64,000 bases of DNA from IMG/VR virus record IMGVR_UViG_2737471647_000001, one strand, 5' to 3'. The notes below the pieces were generated by a model. That model was not told where the DNA came from, did not search any database, and saw only the letters and a program-made list of their open reading frames with translations. Made by a program: the position numbers and the translations under genes. This document shows positions 40,387-50,208 of this stretch, piece after piece (within the stretch, counting starts at the first letter, position 1; each line of letters starts with the position of its first letter). The DNA is from a virus (lineage: Duplodnaviria; Caudoviricetes).

Positions 40387-40908
40387 TCAAGCGCTGGGGA
40401 GACTGTAGACCCTGCCACGCCCTTCGACCTTTTCCGAGGTCACTTCGAGCCCGAGCTTTTTCTTGAGCGCACCGGACATCGCGCCGCGCACCGTGTGTGA
40501 CTGCCATCCGGTTGCGGCCATGATCTCTGCGATGGTCGCGCCCTCTGGCGCGCGCAGCATGGCGATGAGCGTTACCTGCTTGGTGCGTCCGCGTGGGGTG
40601 CGCGTCTTGGGTGCTGCATCCTCGGTCGGTTTGGTTTCCACGCTGTCAGTCTCAATGCCGATGGCGGCGAGCCCTGCGCCGGTGGCGATCAACGTGACGC
40701 TGTGGCCGTCTCCAGTCTCGCGCCAGACCGGCTCGCCCTTGCGCATGTCGGCTTCGACCTCTTCGAGGAGGCCCTTGGCGAGCATCGCGCCGACCACCTT
40801 GGACGCGGCACCGCCGCGCAGGCTCTCGGGCAACGGCAGGGCAATGCGGTCCTCGTTCTGGGCCGCGCGCGACAGGATGATTGTCTGGGTGCCGGAAAGT
40901 CTGGTCAT
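40387..40908 (-). CDS. DUF3489 wHTH protein
   Basis: KQVTLIAMLRAPEGATIAEIMAATGWQSHTVRGAMSGALKKKLGL...RVY. Confidence 0.85.
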   Translation of the reverse strand: MTRLSGTQTIILSRAAQNEDRIALPLPESLRGGAASKVVGAMLAKGLLEEVEADMRKGEPVWRETGDGHSVTLIATGAGLAAIGIETDSVETKPTEDAAPKTRTPRGRTKQVTLIAMLRAPEGATIAEIMAATGWQSHTVRGAMSGALKKKLGLEVTSEKVEGRGRVYSLPSA

Positions 40909-41004
40909 GGGGTCGTCTCCCGTGTTCGGACCGCGACCGTCGCGGTCTTCTACGACCCCAAGCCGCGCAGGGCGCGCGGCCGGAGTTTGGACGTCTGCCC
41001 GAGG

Positions 41005-41223
41005 TCAGATCAGGCCAAGGTCTCGCAGGAGCGCTGCGGCGTCGGGCAGTCGGTCGGTGGCGACGTCGATTGCGATTGTCATGCTGTCGGCGGTAAGGCG
41101 CGCCCAAGCGTTGGCTTCCTCTCTGAGCGATGCTTCTATTTCGTCGAGGACGGCCGGGATGCGGCTCGTGTCCCAAGGCTCGTTGAGGCTGTGAATGGCG
41201 ATGCGGATGGTGCTGGTTTCCAT
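41005..41223 (-). CDS. Small hypothetical protein
   Basis: In a minus-strand cluster; GGAG-type SD upstream. Confidence 0.55.
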   Translation of the reverse strand: METSTIRIAIHSLNEPWDTSRIPAVLDEIEASLREEANAWARLTADSMTIAIDVATDRLPDAAALLRDLGLI

Positions 41224-41228
41224 GGGAC

Positions 41229-41501
41229 TCACTCCGCGTGCTCGCCTTCGCTGAAAGCGCTGTAGGTGATGCGCTTCAGGAGGCTGGCGTAATGCTCAAG
41301 GGTGCCGACATGGCCCCAATTGATCTCGTCGGCGTGGGCGTTGAAGTGGTCGTCGCTGAGGCTTGTTAAGCGGGCCAGCATTTCGTCGATCTCGGCCTTC
41401 TTGCCGATGAAGGCGGTGAGCGCTGCTTCCTTGTTCCGCGCAGCCTTCTCGGCGCGAAGTTGGTGGCGGGGTGTGGTGATCGGGTTCAGGCGGGTCATCA
41501 T
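41229..41501 (-). CDS. Small hypothetical protein
   Basis: AFIGKKAEIDEMLARL...DEINWGHVGTL; GGAG SD. Confidence 0.7.
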   Translation of the reverse strand: MMTRLNPITTPRHQLRAEKAARNKEAALTAFIGKKAEIDEMLARLTSLSDDHFNAHADEINWGHVGTLEHYASLLKRITYSAFSEGEHAE

Positions 41502-41609
41502 GGCGGCTCCGTTGTGAGTTGCATCGTTTTCGTAGGATCACGTTCGCTCTACTTCGGAGGCCTATCAACTACATAAGAACATGATTTTGAATGATAATCG
41601 GAGCGTGCT

Positions 41610-42170
41610 ATGGAGGGTCTGAGCGAGCGCCAATACGCTGCCCGCGTCGGCCTTTCACGTGGTGCAATCCAGAAGGCCAAAGCGACAGGGCGGCTGGTTC
41701 TGTACGGCGATGGCAGCATTGACGCGGTGGCCAGCGATGCCTTGCGCGCCGAAGCGACCGATCCGTCGAAGACCCGGAAAGCGCCGCAGCCAAAACTCAA
41801 GCCTGTCCCGGAGGCGGCAGTGTCCGCAGTCGGCGAGACGCTCCGTGAACAGGGGCTGGCGGCACCTTCAATCGGCAGCGGGACCACGTTCTTGCAGGCC
41901 AAGACGGCGAACGAAGTGCTGAAGGCGCAGGAACGGCGCCTCCGGCTACAGAAGCTGAAAGGCGAGCTGATCGACCGGGCCCGCGCGCTGTCGCTGGTGT
42001 TCCGGCTGGCGCGGCAGGAGCGTGACGTCTGGGTCAACTGGCCGTCCCGAGCGGCGGCGTTGATGGCGGCCGATCTGGACGTTGAGACCGCCGCGATGCA
42101 GAAGGTTCTGGAGAAACATGTCCGTGCCCAGCTCGACGATCTTGCCGAGGTCAAACCTGATCTCAGGTGA
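41610..42170 (+). CDS. Terminase small subunit (Nu1-like)
   Basis: N-terminal HTH (LSERQYAARVGLSRGAIQKA), coiled coil KAQERRLRLQKLKGELI; directly upstream of gpA. Confidence 0.8.
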   Translation: MEGLSERQYAARVGLSRGAIQKAKATGRLVLYGDGSIDAVASDALRAEATDPSKTRKAPQPKLKPVPEAAVSAVGETLREQGLAAPSIGSGTTFLQAKTANEVLKAQERRLRLQKLKGELIDRARALSLVFRLARQERDVWVNWPSRAAALMAADLDVETAAMQKVLEKHVRAQLDDLAEVKPDLR

Positions 42171-44112
42171 TGAAGCGCTCGAGTTCGACGGCGCGACAGA
42201 GATCCTGCGCGCCTGGGGAGCGGGCCTCACGCCGGATGCAGACCTGACTGTTTCCGAATGGGCGGACCGGCACCGGATGCTCTCCGGGCGCGCTTCGGCA
42301 GAACCGGGGCGGTATCGCACGGCGCGCACGCCCTACATGGGCGAAATCATGGACCGGCTGTCGCCCGGCGATCCAACGCAGCGGATCGTCTTCATGAAGG
42401 CGGCGCAGGTCGGCGCGACGGAGGCGGGGAACAACTGGATCGGCTTTGCGATCCACCAGGCACCGGGCCCGATGCTGGCGGTCCAGCCGACGGTGGAACT
42501 GGCGAAACGAAACTCACGCCAACGGATCGATCCGCTGATCGATGAGAGCCCCGAACTGCGGGAGCGGGTCAAACCGGCGCGCTCGCGCGACGCGGGCAAC
42601 ACCATGCTGTCGAAGGAATTCGCGGGCGGCATCCTGATCATGACCGGGGCGAACTCGGCCGTTGGGCTGCGCTCGACCCCGGCGCGTTACATCTTCCTCG
42701 ATGAGGTTGATGCCTATCCAGCATCCGCCGACGATGAAGGCGATCCCGTAACGCTGGCCGAAGCGCGGTCGCTGACATTCGCCCATCGCCGCAAGGTCTT
42801 CCTGGTCTCGACCCCGACAATCCGGGGACTGAGCCGGATTGAGCGCGAATATGATGCCAGCGACCAGCGGCGGTTCTTTGTGCCGTGCCCGCATTGCGGT
42901 CAGGAACAGTGGCTGAAGTTCGAACGGCTGCGCTGGCAAAAGGGGCGGCCGGAGACGGCTGAATATCACTGCGAAGGCTGTGAGACGTCCATCGCCGAGC
43001 ATCACAAGACGGCGATGCTGGAGGCTGGCGAATGGCGGGCGACGGCGACCGCAGCCGATCCCGGCACCGTCGGCTATCACCTTTCGGCGCTCTATTCGCC
43101 GATCGGCTGGCTGAGCTGGGAGCGGATCGTGCGAGCATGGGACGCGGCGCAGGGGTCGGACGAGGCAATCAAAGCCTTCCGCAACACGATCCTCGGCGAG
43201 ACATGGGTCGAAACCGGCGAGGCCCCGGACTGGCAGCGCTTGGCGGACCAGCGCGAGACCTGGAATGCTGGCGCTGTGCCAACAGGCAGTCTGTTCCTGA
43301 CTGCGGGAGCGGATGTGCAGAAGGATCGCATCGAAGTCGATGTCTGGGCCTGGGGCCGTGGGCTGGAGAGTTGGCTGATTGATCACCTGGTCATCGAGGG
43401 CGGGCCCGGCGACCAGGCGTGCTGGCAGCAGCTGACCAATTTGCTCGGTCAAACATGGGAACATGCCTCAGGTCAACCGATGACGTTGGCACGGCTGGCG
43501 ATCGATACCGGCTACGAGACCAGTGCTGTCTATGCCTGGTCGCGACAGGTCGGTTTCGCGCAGGTGGCCCCGGTCAAAGGAATTGAAGGCTTCAACCGCT
43601 CGAGCCCGGTCACTGGCCCGACGTATGTAGACGCGACCATCGCAGGCAAAAGGCTGCGGCGCGGGGCGCGGCTTTGGACGGTCGCCACGTCGACCTTCAA
43701 AACCGAGACCTATCGCTATTTGCGCCAGGACCGGCCGACGCGGGAGGAAATCGAGGCTGGGCACCTTTGCCCGCCCGGAACCATCCATCTGCCAAACTGG
43801 GCGGACGGCGAGTGGTTGAAGCAATTCACGGCCGAACAACTGATCACGGTGCGCACCAAACGCGGCTTTGCCCGGCTCGAATGGCAGAAGCTGCGCGAAC
43901 GCAATGAAGCTCTGGATTGTCGCGTCTATGCCCGGGCAGCCGCTTGGATATTGGGCGCTGACCGTTGGTCCGATGCGCGGTGGACTGATCTGGAAGCACA
44001 GGTCGGGATCACGGCGGAGGACATGGCTGAGGACGGGGCGGGAAACACCACGCCCGCTTCTCGGCGCGCGGGACCACAGCGGCGAACCGTGCGCTCAAGC
44101 TACATGAGGTGA
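42157..44112 (+). CDS. Terminase large subunit, lambda gpA family
   Basis: VSEWADRHR, TPY, MKAAQVGAT, IFLDEVDAY, STPT, CPHC, AGADVQKDR, IDTG, NEALDC; start probably CTG at 42157. Confidence 0.93.
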   Translation: MISGDEALEFDGATEILRAWGAGLTPDADLTVSEWADRHRMLSGRASAEPGRYRTARTPYMGEIMDRLSPGDPTQRIVFMKAAQVGATEAGNNWIGFAIHQAPGPMLAVQPTVELAKRNSRQRIDPLIDESPELRERVKPARSRDAGNTMLSKEFAGGILIMTGANSAVGLRSTPARYIFLDEVDAYPASADDEGDPVTLAEARSLTFAHRRKVFLVSTPTIRGLSRIEREYDASDQRRFFVPCPHCGQEQWLKFERLRWQKGRPETAEYHCEGCETSIAEHHKTAMLEAGEWRATATAADPGTVGYHLSALYSPIGWLSWERIVRAWDAAQGSDEAIKAFRNTILGETWVETGEAPDWQRLADQRETWNAGAVPTGSLFLTAGADVQKDRIEVDVWAWGRGLESWLIDHLVIEGGPGDQACWQQLTNLLGQTWEHASGQPMTLARLAIDTGYETSAVYAWSRQVGFAQVAPVKGIEGFNRSSPVTGPTYVDATIAGKRLRRGARLWTVATSTFKTETYRYLRQDRPTREEIEAGHLCPPGTIHLPNWADGEWLKQFTAEQLITVRTKRGFARLEWQKLRERNEALDCRVYARAAAWILGADRWSDARWTDLEAQVGITAEDMAEDGAGNTTPASRRAGPQRRTVRSSYMR

Positions 44113-44113
44113 A

Positions 44114-44332
44114 TTGATGTCTACGATTGCCGAGCTCCGTGCCCGCCGCGAGGCGTTGGCCGTTCAACGCTCCTCTGGCGTGGCGCGTGTCAGTTACGAC
44201 GGAAAGACGGTGGACTATCGCAGCGTCGCGGAAATCGACCGGGCCATCGAGGCGCTTGACCGCGAGATCGCGGCTGCTGAAGGACGGCGGATCGTTCGGC
44301 AGGTGCGTGTCACGACGACGAAGGGTCTTTGA
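44114..44332 (+). CDS. Head-tail joining protein (gpW-like)
   Basis: VSYDGKTVDYRSVAEIDRAI; between terminase and portal. Confidence 0.85.
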   Translation: MMSTIAELRARREALAVQRSSGVARVSYDGKTVDYRSVAEIDRAIEALDREIAAAEGRRIVRQVRVTTTKGL

Positions 44333-44335
44333 TCC

Positions 44336-45856
44336 ATGGGCCTGTTTGATCGTTTCCGTCGCCCATCCTCGGGCGGCCCGGCAGCCGTGTCAGCGCGCCT
44401 CGAAGGCGCTATGGCGAAACGACGGCTTCGCGGCTGGAACCCGCCGCTGGAGAACATCAATTCGCTGGTCGCCTCGGGCGGTCCCCGCCTGCTGGCGCGG
44501 TCGCGCGAACTGGTCGTCACGAACGGCTATGCCGCAAATGCTTGCGAGGCCTTCGCAGCAAACCTGGTGGGCGATGGGATCAAGCCCTCGTCGCTGATCA
44601 CGGATGCGGCGTTGCGTGACAGTGTTCAGCGGTTGTGGCTCGCCTGGACCGACGAGGCCGATGCCGACGGGTTGACCGATTTCTACGGCCTGCAGGCCAT
44701 GGTCGCGCGGGAAATGTTCGTGGCAGGCGAATGCTTCGTGCGAATGCGCCCCCGCAGAGTGGAAGACGGATTACTGGTGCCTTTTCAGCTTCAGCTTCTC
44801 CAGTCGGAGATGCTGCCATTCGAGAAGACCGAAACTGCGGCAAACGGCAATCGCATCCGCTGCGGGATTGAATTTGACGGCATCGGGCGCGTGGCCTACC
44901 ACTTCCGCCGTCGCCATCCGGGCGACAGCACCGATCAGGGAGCGGTGATCCCGGATACGGTGCGCGTGCCCGCTGAGGATGTGCTTCACATCTATCGGCC
45001 CATTGATGCAGGCCAGATCCGCGGCCTGCCGCATGTGGCTCCGGCCATGGTGCGGCTGTTTTTGCTGGACCAGTACGATGACGCCGAGCTCGACCGAAAG
45101 AAGACGGCGGCGATGTTCGCCGGGTTCATCACCAAGACTGCGCCGGAAGACCCGATGATGGGTGAGGCCGAGGCCGCTCTCGATGGCACCGCCATTGCGA
45201 GCCTCGAACCTGGCACGATGCAGGTGCTGCTGCCGGGCGAGGATGTGAAGTTCTCCAGTCCTGCAGATGTTGGGGGCGGCTATGAGGCGTTTCAATATCG
45301 GACGCTCTTGTCGGTATCAGCCTCTCTGGGGCTGCCGTACCACCTGGTCACCGGGGATGTGCGCCAGGCGAACTATTCGAGCTTGCGGGCAGAGCTGGTC
45401 GAGTTCCGCCGCCGCATCGGTCAGTTGCAGCACGGGGTGATGGCACACCAGTTGTGTCGGCCGATCTGGCGGCGCTGGCTTGAGACGGCCGTGTTGTCGG
45501 GAGCGCTGGATATCGGCAATCCCGCCGTCGCGCGGCCGGTGCAATGGATCCCGCCACGCTGGGATTGGGTCGACCCGCTGAAGGACATCCAGGCGCAAGT
45601 GCTGGCCATGGAAGCGGGCATCACCTCGCGCCGGAAGGTGGTCGAGGCCACCGGCTATGACGTCGAGGAAGTGGACCGCGAAAATGCGGCAGATGCCAAA
45701 CGCAGTGCTGATCTGGGGCTGAGCTACCGCGCGAGCCCCGGCGAGACGCAAGGCGCGCGGGCGACGCCCGCCGCGCGGCCTGATCCTGGAGATGGCACAG
45801 GCGAAGACACAGGCGACGGATCCGCCTCCACCGATCCCGCCACCGAACAGGAGTGA
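44336..45856 (+). CDS. Portal protein, lambda family
   Basis: LLARSRELV.NGYAANA, GECF, IRCGIEFD, QIRGLP, NYSSLRA, WDWVDPLKD. Confidence 0.93.
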   Translation: MGLFDRFRRPSSGGPAAVSARLEGAMAKRRLRGWNPPLENINSLVASGGPRLLARSRELVVTNGYAANACEAFAANLVGDGIKPSSLITDAALRDSVQRLWLAWTDEADADGLTDFYGLQAMVAREMFVAGECFVRMRPRRVEDGLLVPFQLQLLQSEMLPFEKTETAANGNRIRCGIEFDGIGRVAYHFRRRHPGDSTDQGAVIPDTVRVPAEDVLHIYRPIDAGQIRGLPHVAPAMVRLFLLDQYDDAELDRKKTAAMFAGFITKTAPEDPMMGEAEAALDGTAIASLEPGTMQVLLPGEDVKFSSPADVGGGYEAFQYRTLLSVSASLGLPYHLVTGDVRQANYSSLRAELVEFRRRIGQLQHGVMAHQLCRPIWRRWLETAVLSGALDIGNPAVARPVQWIPPRWDWVDPLKDIQAQVLAMEAGITSRRKVVEATGYDVEEVDRENAADAKRSADLGLSYRASPGETQGARATPAARPDPGDGTGEDTGDGSASTDPATEQE

Positions 45857-45860
45857 CAAT

Positions 45861-46955
45861 ATGACAAGCTGGTATGCGATCCGCGCCCGGGGAACAGGTG
45901 CGGAAGTGGCGATCTATGACGAAATTGGCGCCTTTGGGGTTTCGGCGAAGGGGTTTCTTGCCGAACTCGGCGCACTGCCCGACGGGACGCCGGTCGATCT
46001 GCGGCTGAACAGCCCGGGCGGGTCAGTCTTCGATGCGGTGGCGATTTACAATGCGTTGAAGCGGCACACGGGCACGGTCACGGTCTGGATCGACGGTATT
46101 GCCGCCTCTGCCGCCTCCTATGTCGCCATGGCGGGTGACGAGATCGTCATGCCGGAAAACGCGTTCCTGATGATCCACGACCCGTCGGGGTTGGCAATGG
46201 GCACGGCGGGCGACATGCGCGCCATGGCCGAAGCGCTGGACAAGATCGCGGGCAGCCTCGTCCGGGGATATGCCGCCAAATCCGGCAAGACCGATGACGA
46301 GATCGCAGCGCTGATGTCGGCCGAAACATGGTTCGATGCGGGTGATGCGGTGGCGGCGGGTTTCGCGGACCGGCTGGCGGAACCCGTCAGGATGGCTGCG
46401 CGGTTCGACATCGGTCGGTTCCGCAACGCGCCGCCGGACCTCGTCGAGGCAGTGGAAGCAACAAGCCAGGAGGGTGTTCCGACCGAGGCGGAGAGCGTTC
46501 CGGCCGAAGGCAATCCAGAGACGGGCACCAACATGCACCAAGAGATCGACAGTATCGTGGACGGCGATGTCGAACCTGCCGACGGCACTGGAGAGGCGGA
46601 CAGCGACGATGCGCCTGTCGAGCCCGAGGGGCAAGTTGAGGCCGACGACATGCCCAGCCCTTCGGACCCGATCCCGACCCCGGGTGGCGCACCGCCCGAT
46701 TCCGCCGCGATCCGCGCCGAGGCGATCACCCATGCCCGCGCTATCGTCGATCTTTGCCGCCTTGCAGGCCAGCCGCAGATGGCTGGGCGCTTCCTCGATC
46801 AGGACGCCAGTCTCGACGACGTCCGCATGGCCCTTCTCGCTGTCAAAGCCGAGGCAGAACCCGAAATCGCCGCCCATCACCCGCAACCCGGCCGGACCAC
46901 GACGGCCCGCCCATGGGGCGAGATCGTCGCCCGTACCTTCAAACTGAAAGGATAA
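45861..46955 (+). CDS. ClpP-type prohead protease with C-terminal scaffold region
   Basis: LNSPGGSVFD, IDGIAASAAS, MIHDP, ETWF; acidic Pro-rich linker follows. Confidence 0.9.
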   Translation: MTSWYAIRARGTGAEVAIYDEIGAFGVSAKGFLAELGALPDGTPVDLRLNSPGGSVFDAVAIYNALKRHTGTVTVWIDGIAASAASYVAMAGDEIVMPENAFLMIHDPSGLAMGTAGDMRAMAEALDKIAGSLVRGYAAKSGKTDDEIAALMSAETWFDAGDAVAAGFADRLAEPVRMAARFDIGRFRNAPPDLVEAVEATSQEGVPTEAESVPAEGNPETGTNMHQEIDSIVDGDVEPADGTGEADSDDAPVEPEGQVEADDMPSPSDPIPTPGGAPPDSAAIRAEAITHARAIVDLCRLAGQPQMAGRFLDQDASLDDVRMALLAVKAEAEPEIAAHHPQPGRTTTARPWGEIVARTFKLKG

Positions 46956-46958
46956 CTC

Positions 46959-47324
46959 ATGACCACGCTCACGGAGACCACGCATCCCGGAGGCTTCCTC
47001 GTTTGGGAAGCCTTCCGCGACTACACCCGCGAAACCGTCACCGTTGCGTCCGGCACGCTCAATCCGGGCACCGTGCTGGGCATGATCACGGCTTCGGGCA
47101 AATACGCGGCCCATGATCCCGCCGCCGTCGACGGTACTGAAACCGCCGTGGCGGTGCTCTGGGGCAAGGCCGACGCGACAGGCGGCGATGCGCCAGCCGT
47201 TGCGCTGGTTCGCGGCCCCGCCGTCGTCAATCGCTACGATCTTGTCTTTGTCGGCACCCCCAGTGAGGGCGAGATCACCGCCGCCCATGCCGCGCTGCAG
47301 GCGGTCGGCATCCTCGTCCGCTGA
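46959..47324 (+). CDS. Head decoration protein (gpD-like)
   Basis: GTVLGMITASGKYAAHDP...AVAVL; between protease and capsid. Confidence 0.85.
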   Translation: MTTLTETTHPGGFLVWEAFRDYTRETVTVASGTLNPGTVLGMITASGKYAAHDPAAVDGTETAVAVLWGKADATGGDAPAVALVRGPAVVNRYDLVFVGTPSEGEITAAHAALQAVGILVR

Positions 47325-47349
47325 TCAAACCCTCAAAGGAGGCATTCCC

Positions 47350-48363
47350 ATGACCACCATGGATATCTTCGAAGGCGATGCCTTCACCATCATCGAACTC
47401 ACCCGTGCTCTGGAAAACATCCCCTTCAAGCCCGCGATCCTGTCGGGCGCCAGCCTGTTCTCACCGCGCGGCGTGCGCTCGCGCACCGTCGTGATCGAGA
47501 GCCGGGACGGCACGCTGTCGCTAATCCCGTTCTCTGAACGCGGCTCGGCGGCCGAGCAACAAGTGCCGGAGCGTCGCGACATGCGCGCCTTTGTCTGCCG
47601 CCAGTTCAAGAAGCAGGACGTGCTCTGGGCGTCTGAAATCCAGGGCATCCGCGACTTCGGCTCGGAAAGTGCGACCCAGCAGGTGCAAAGCGAGGTCGCC
47701 CGCAAGCTTGGCCGTTTGCGCCAGGATGCGGAGGCGACGTTCGAATATCATCTGCTGAACGGCATTCAGGGCATCGTGAAGGATCCCAAGGACAGCGCCA
47801 CGGTGATCAACTACTTCACCGAGTTCGCCATCACGCCCGCCACCGAGATCGACTTTGATCTCGACAATGCGACCCCGGGTTCCGGCGCGCTACGCAAACG
47901 CTGCCAGGCGCTGATCGAGGATGTCGAGGACAGCATGGGCGGGCTCGCGGCCGGGGCCGTGCAGGTCCGCGCCGAATGCGGCTCCGCCTTCTTCGCTGAT
48001 CTCATTGCCCACAAGGAGGTGCGCGAGACCTATCTCAACACCGCCGCTGCTGCCGATCTGCGCGGCCGGGTCGCCGACGAGGTCAGCTTTGGTGGCATCA
48101 CCTTCCGTCGCTATCGAGGTGGGGCGGGCTTCGGTGTGCCGACCGACAAGGCCTTCTTCTATCCCGAAGGCGTCGAGGGACTGTTTGAAATCTACCACGC
48201 ACCCGCCGACACCTTCGAGACGGTCAATACTCTGGGACTGCCGCTCTACGCCCGCACGATCCCCGATAGGGACCGTGACGAATGGGTGCGGCTCGAAATC
48301 GAGAGCAACCCGCTGCCGATCTGCACTCGCCCACAAGTGCTGCGCTCGGCAAGGCGGACGTGA
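47350..48363 (+). CDS. Major capsid protein (lambda E family)
   Basis: MDIFEGDAF..IELT, LIPFSERG, TFEYHLLNGIQG, APAD, ESNPLPICTRP; AAGGAGG SD. Confidence 0.92.
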   Translation: MTTMDIFEGDAFTIIELTRALENIPFKPAILSGASLFSPRGVRSRTVVIESRDGTLSLIPFSERGSAAEQQVPERRDMRAFVCRQFKKQDVLWASEIQGIRDFGSESATQQVQSEVARKLGRLRQDAEATFEYHLLNGIQGIVKDPKDSATVINYFTEFAITPATEIDFDLDNATPGSGALRKRCQALIEDVEDSMGGLAAGAVQVRAECGSAFFADLIAHKEVRETYLNTAAAADLRGRVADEVSFGGITFRRYRGGAGFGVPTDKAFFYPEGVEGLFEIYHAPADTFETVNTLGLPLYARTIPDRDRDEWVRLEIESNPLPICTRPQVLRSARRT

Positions 48364-48674
48364 TGTCTGCCTTCGACGCCGCCGTCGACTTGCTGTTCGC
48401 CGACCCGAACATCGGGCGCGAGGCGATCTACACCTCCGACGGCGGCGCGCCCATGCTGGTGCGCGTCGTCTCGCGGCAGGCTGATGCGATCACCGACTTT
48501 GGCGATGCCCGGCTCTGGTCGGAAACGACCCGGATCGACCTGCGTGTCGCTGAGGTTCCGGCCCCGCGTCCGGGCGACCGCTTGGAAATCGACGGCGAAG
48601 CCTTCCTCATTCAGGGCGAGCCCGTTCGTGACCGGGAACGATTGGTCTGGACCGTGGACCTGAGGTCCGCGTGA
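48363..48674 (+). CDS. Head-tail joining/closure protein
   Basis: TGATG coupling; PRPGDRLEIDGEAFLIQGEP. Confidence 0.8.
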   Translation: MSAFDAAVDLLFADPNIGREAIYTSDGGAPMLVRVVSRQADAITDFGDARLWSETTRIDLRVAEVPAPRPGDRLEIDGEAFLIQGEPVRDRERLVWTVDLRSA

Positions 48675-49300
48675 AACTGAAACTCGACATCGATCCCGAC
48701 ATCGTCGCCATGATGGCAGCGGAGGTCGCGGCGGGCGAACGGGCGGTGACAGCGGCCATGCGCGAGGCCGGGACCGGGCTGAAGTCTGCTTGGCGTATGC
48801 AGATCACTGGCGCGGGGCTCGGACGACGGCTTGCCAACTCGATCCGTAACCAGAACTTCCCGAGGTCGGGCGAGAGCCTTGATGCGGCGGCATTGGTCTG
48901 GTCCAAGGCCCCAGTAATCGTCGGCGCTCACGATACCGGCCCACTGATCCGCTCGAAGGACGGGTTCTGGCTGGCGATTCCGTTGCCCGCTGCCGGGAAA
49001 TCCACGCGCGGCGGGCGGATCACCCCCGGCGAATGGGAGCGGCGACGCGGTCTACGCCTGCGCTTCGTCTATCGCCGGACGGGTCCGAGCCTGCTGGTGG
49101 CCGAGGGACGGCTGAATACGAAGGGTCAGGCGGTGGTCTCCCGATCAAAGACTGGGCGCGGAAAGGTCACCGCGCCGATCTTCCTTCTGGTGCCGCAGGT
49201 CAAACTGCCGAAGCGACTGGACCTCGACCGGGACGCAGAGCGGGCGCTCGACAGCGTGCCGGGGCTGATCGTGGCGAAATGGGTAGAGGACAGGTTTTGA
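48671..49300 (+). CDS. Tail completion/neck protein (DUF6441-like)
   Basis: Basic protein; position after head closure; PIFLLVPQVKL. Confidence 0.75.
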   Translation: MKLKLDIDPDIVAMMAAEVAAGERAVTAAMREAGTGLKSAWRMQITGAGLGRRLANSIRNQNFPRSGESLDAAALVWSKAPVIVGAHDTGPLIRSKDGFWLAIPLPAAGKSTRGGRITPGEWERRRGLRLRFVYRRTGPSLLVAEGRLNTKGQAVVSRSKTGRGKVTAPIFLLVPQVKLPKRLDLDRDAERALDSVPGLIVAKWVEDRF

Positions 49301-49314
49301 ATTTGGATTAAGCA

Positions 49315-49860
49315 TCAGCTAAGAGACGCTCGTACATCCGCCATCGGAATGAAGACGCGGTGCGGATTGTCAGGATCGCCAAGGGTTTGGAAGCCGAGTT
49401 CGGCATAGAAGTTCCAGCGGCGATCAAAATGGTCGTCTTGGAGCACGTCGAGTGTGATGGCTGCGGCACCCATCTGGTCAGCAATCTCGAGGCAGCGCTT
49501 CAAGGCATCTATTACGAGAGCTGTTCCCAGACCCATACCTTGCGAAGCTTCGTGTACGGCGACAGCACGGATGTAGATTACCGGGATATCGGGGACACCA
49601 GCGCGCTGCCACTTTTTGGGACCAAGATTGGCCCGAACGGCCATCGCGCCGAGTGTATAGAAACCGAGCACCGCGGGATCGTTGCCATCCGTTGCGATCC
49701 ATGCTGTGACCATGCCGGCCTTGATTTGATCCGAAAGCGAGGATTTCAGAAAGTTATCGATGGGCGCAAATCCGCAAGAAAAGGCGCTGCGGTCATGCAG
49801 CGCCTTGTCAAACTTGGCGATTGTGAGGGCGGGCGTGTCCGCCGCGGCCTCAGCCGGCAT
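49315..49860 (-). CDS. GNAT acetyltransferase toxin (AtaT/TacT-like)
   Basis: HDRSAFSCG...DNFLK, VLGFYTL, IRAVAV...QGMGLGTALV (acetyl-CoA loop), FYAELGF. Confidence 0.9.
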   Translation of the reverse strand: MPAEAAADTPALTIAKFDKALHDRSAFSCGFAPIDNFLKSSLSDQIKAGMVTAWIATDGNDPAVLGFYTLGAMAVRANLGPKKWQRAGVPDIPVIYIRAVAVHEASQGMGLGTALVIDALKRCLEIADQMGAAAITLDVLQDDHFDRRWNFYAELGFQTLGDPDNPHRVFIPMADVRASLS

Positions 49861-50158
49861 CCTTCAGGAGGCCCTTCGACGCTTCGGCGGCGCGTGCCAG
49901 ACCTGGCACAACCTTTCCGGGCAACTCGATAGCGGCCTTGAAAGCTTCAAACGCGTCAATGGGCAGAATGGAGAGAGATATTCGCTGTTCCACTTCCTGC
50001 GCACGCAGAAGGGCCGCCTGACGAATAAAGTCAGCTTCCTGCAGGCCAGTGGCAGCAGCTGCAGCCTTTATGCGCTCTTCATCAGCACGATGCATGCGCA
50101 ACTCTTTGCGCGCTTCCATCTTGCCCGGCGTAGGTGCGGTGGTTTCGATCGCAAACAT
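49850..50158 (-). CDS. DUF1778 RHH antitoxin
   Basis: RKELRM...IKAAAAATGLQEADFIRQAAL...FEAFKAAIE; overlaps the toxin start. Confidence 0.9.
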   Translation of the reverse strand: MFAIETTAPTPGKMEARKELRMHRADEERIKAAAAATGLQEADFIRQAALLRAQEVEQRISLSILPIDAFEAFKAAIELPGKVVPGLARAAEASKGLLKDAG

Positions 50159-50179
50159 AATCGGTCTCCTTCGCCGATC

Positions 50180-50208
50180 TATGTACGGTATAACGCCGTA
50201 CATGTCAA
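50180..50208 (-). promoter_or_regulatory. Sigma70-type promoter with embedded operator palindrome for the TA module
   Basis: On the minus strand TTGACA-N17-TACATA; inverted repeat ATGTACGG (50181-50188) / CCGTACAT (50196-50203). Confidence 0.7.
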
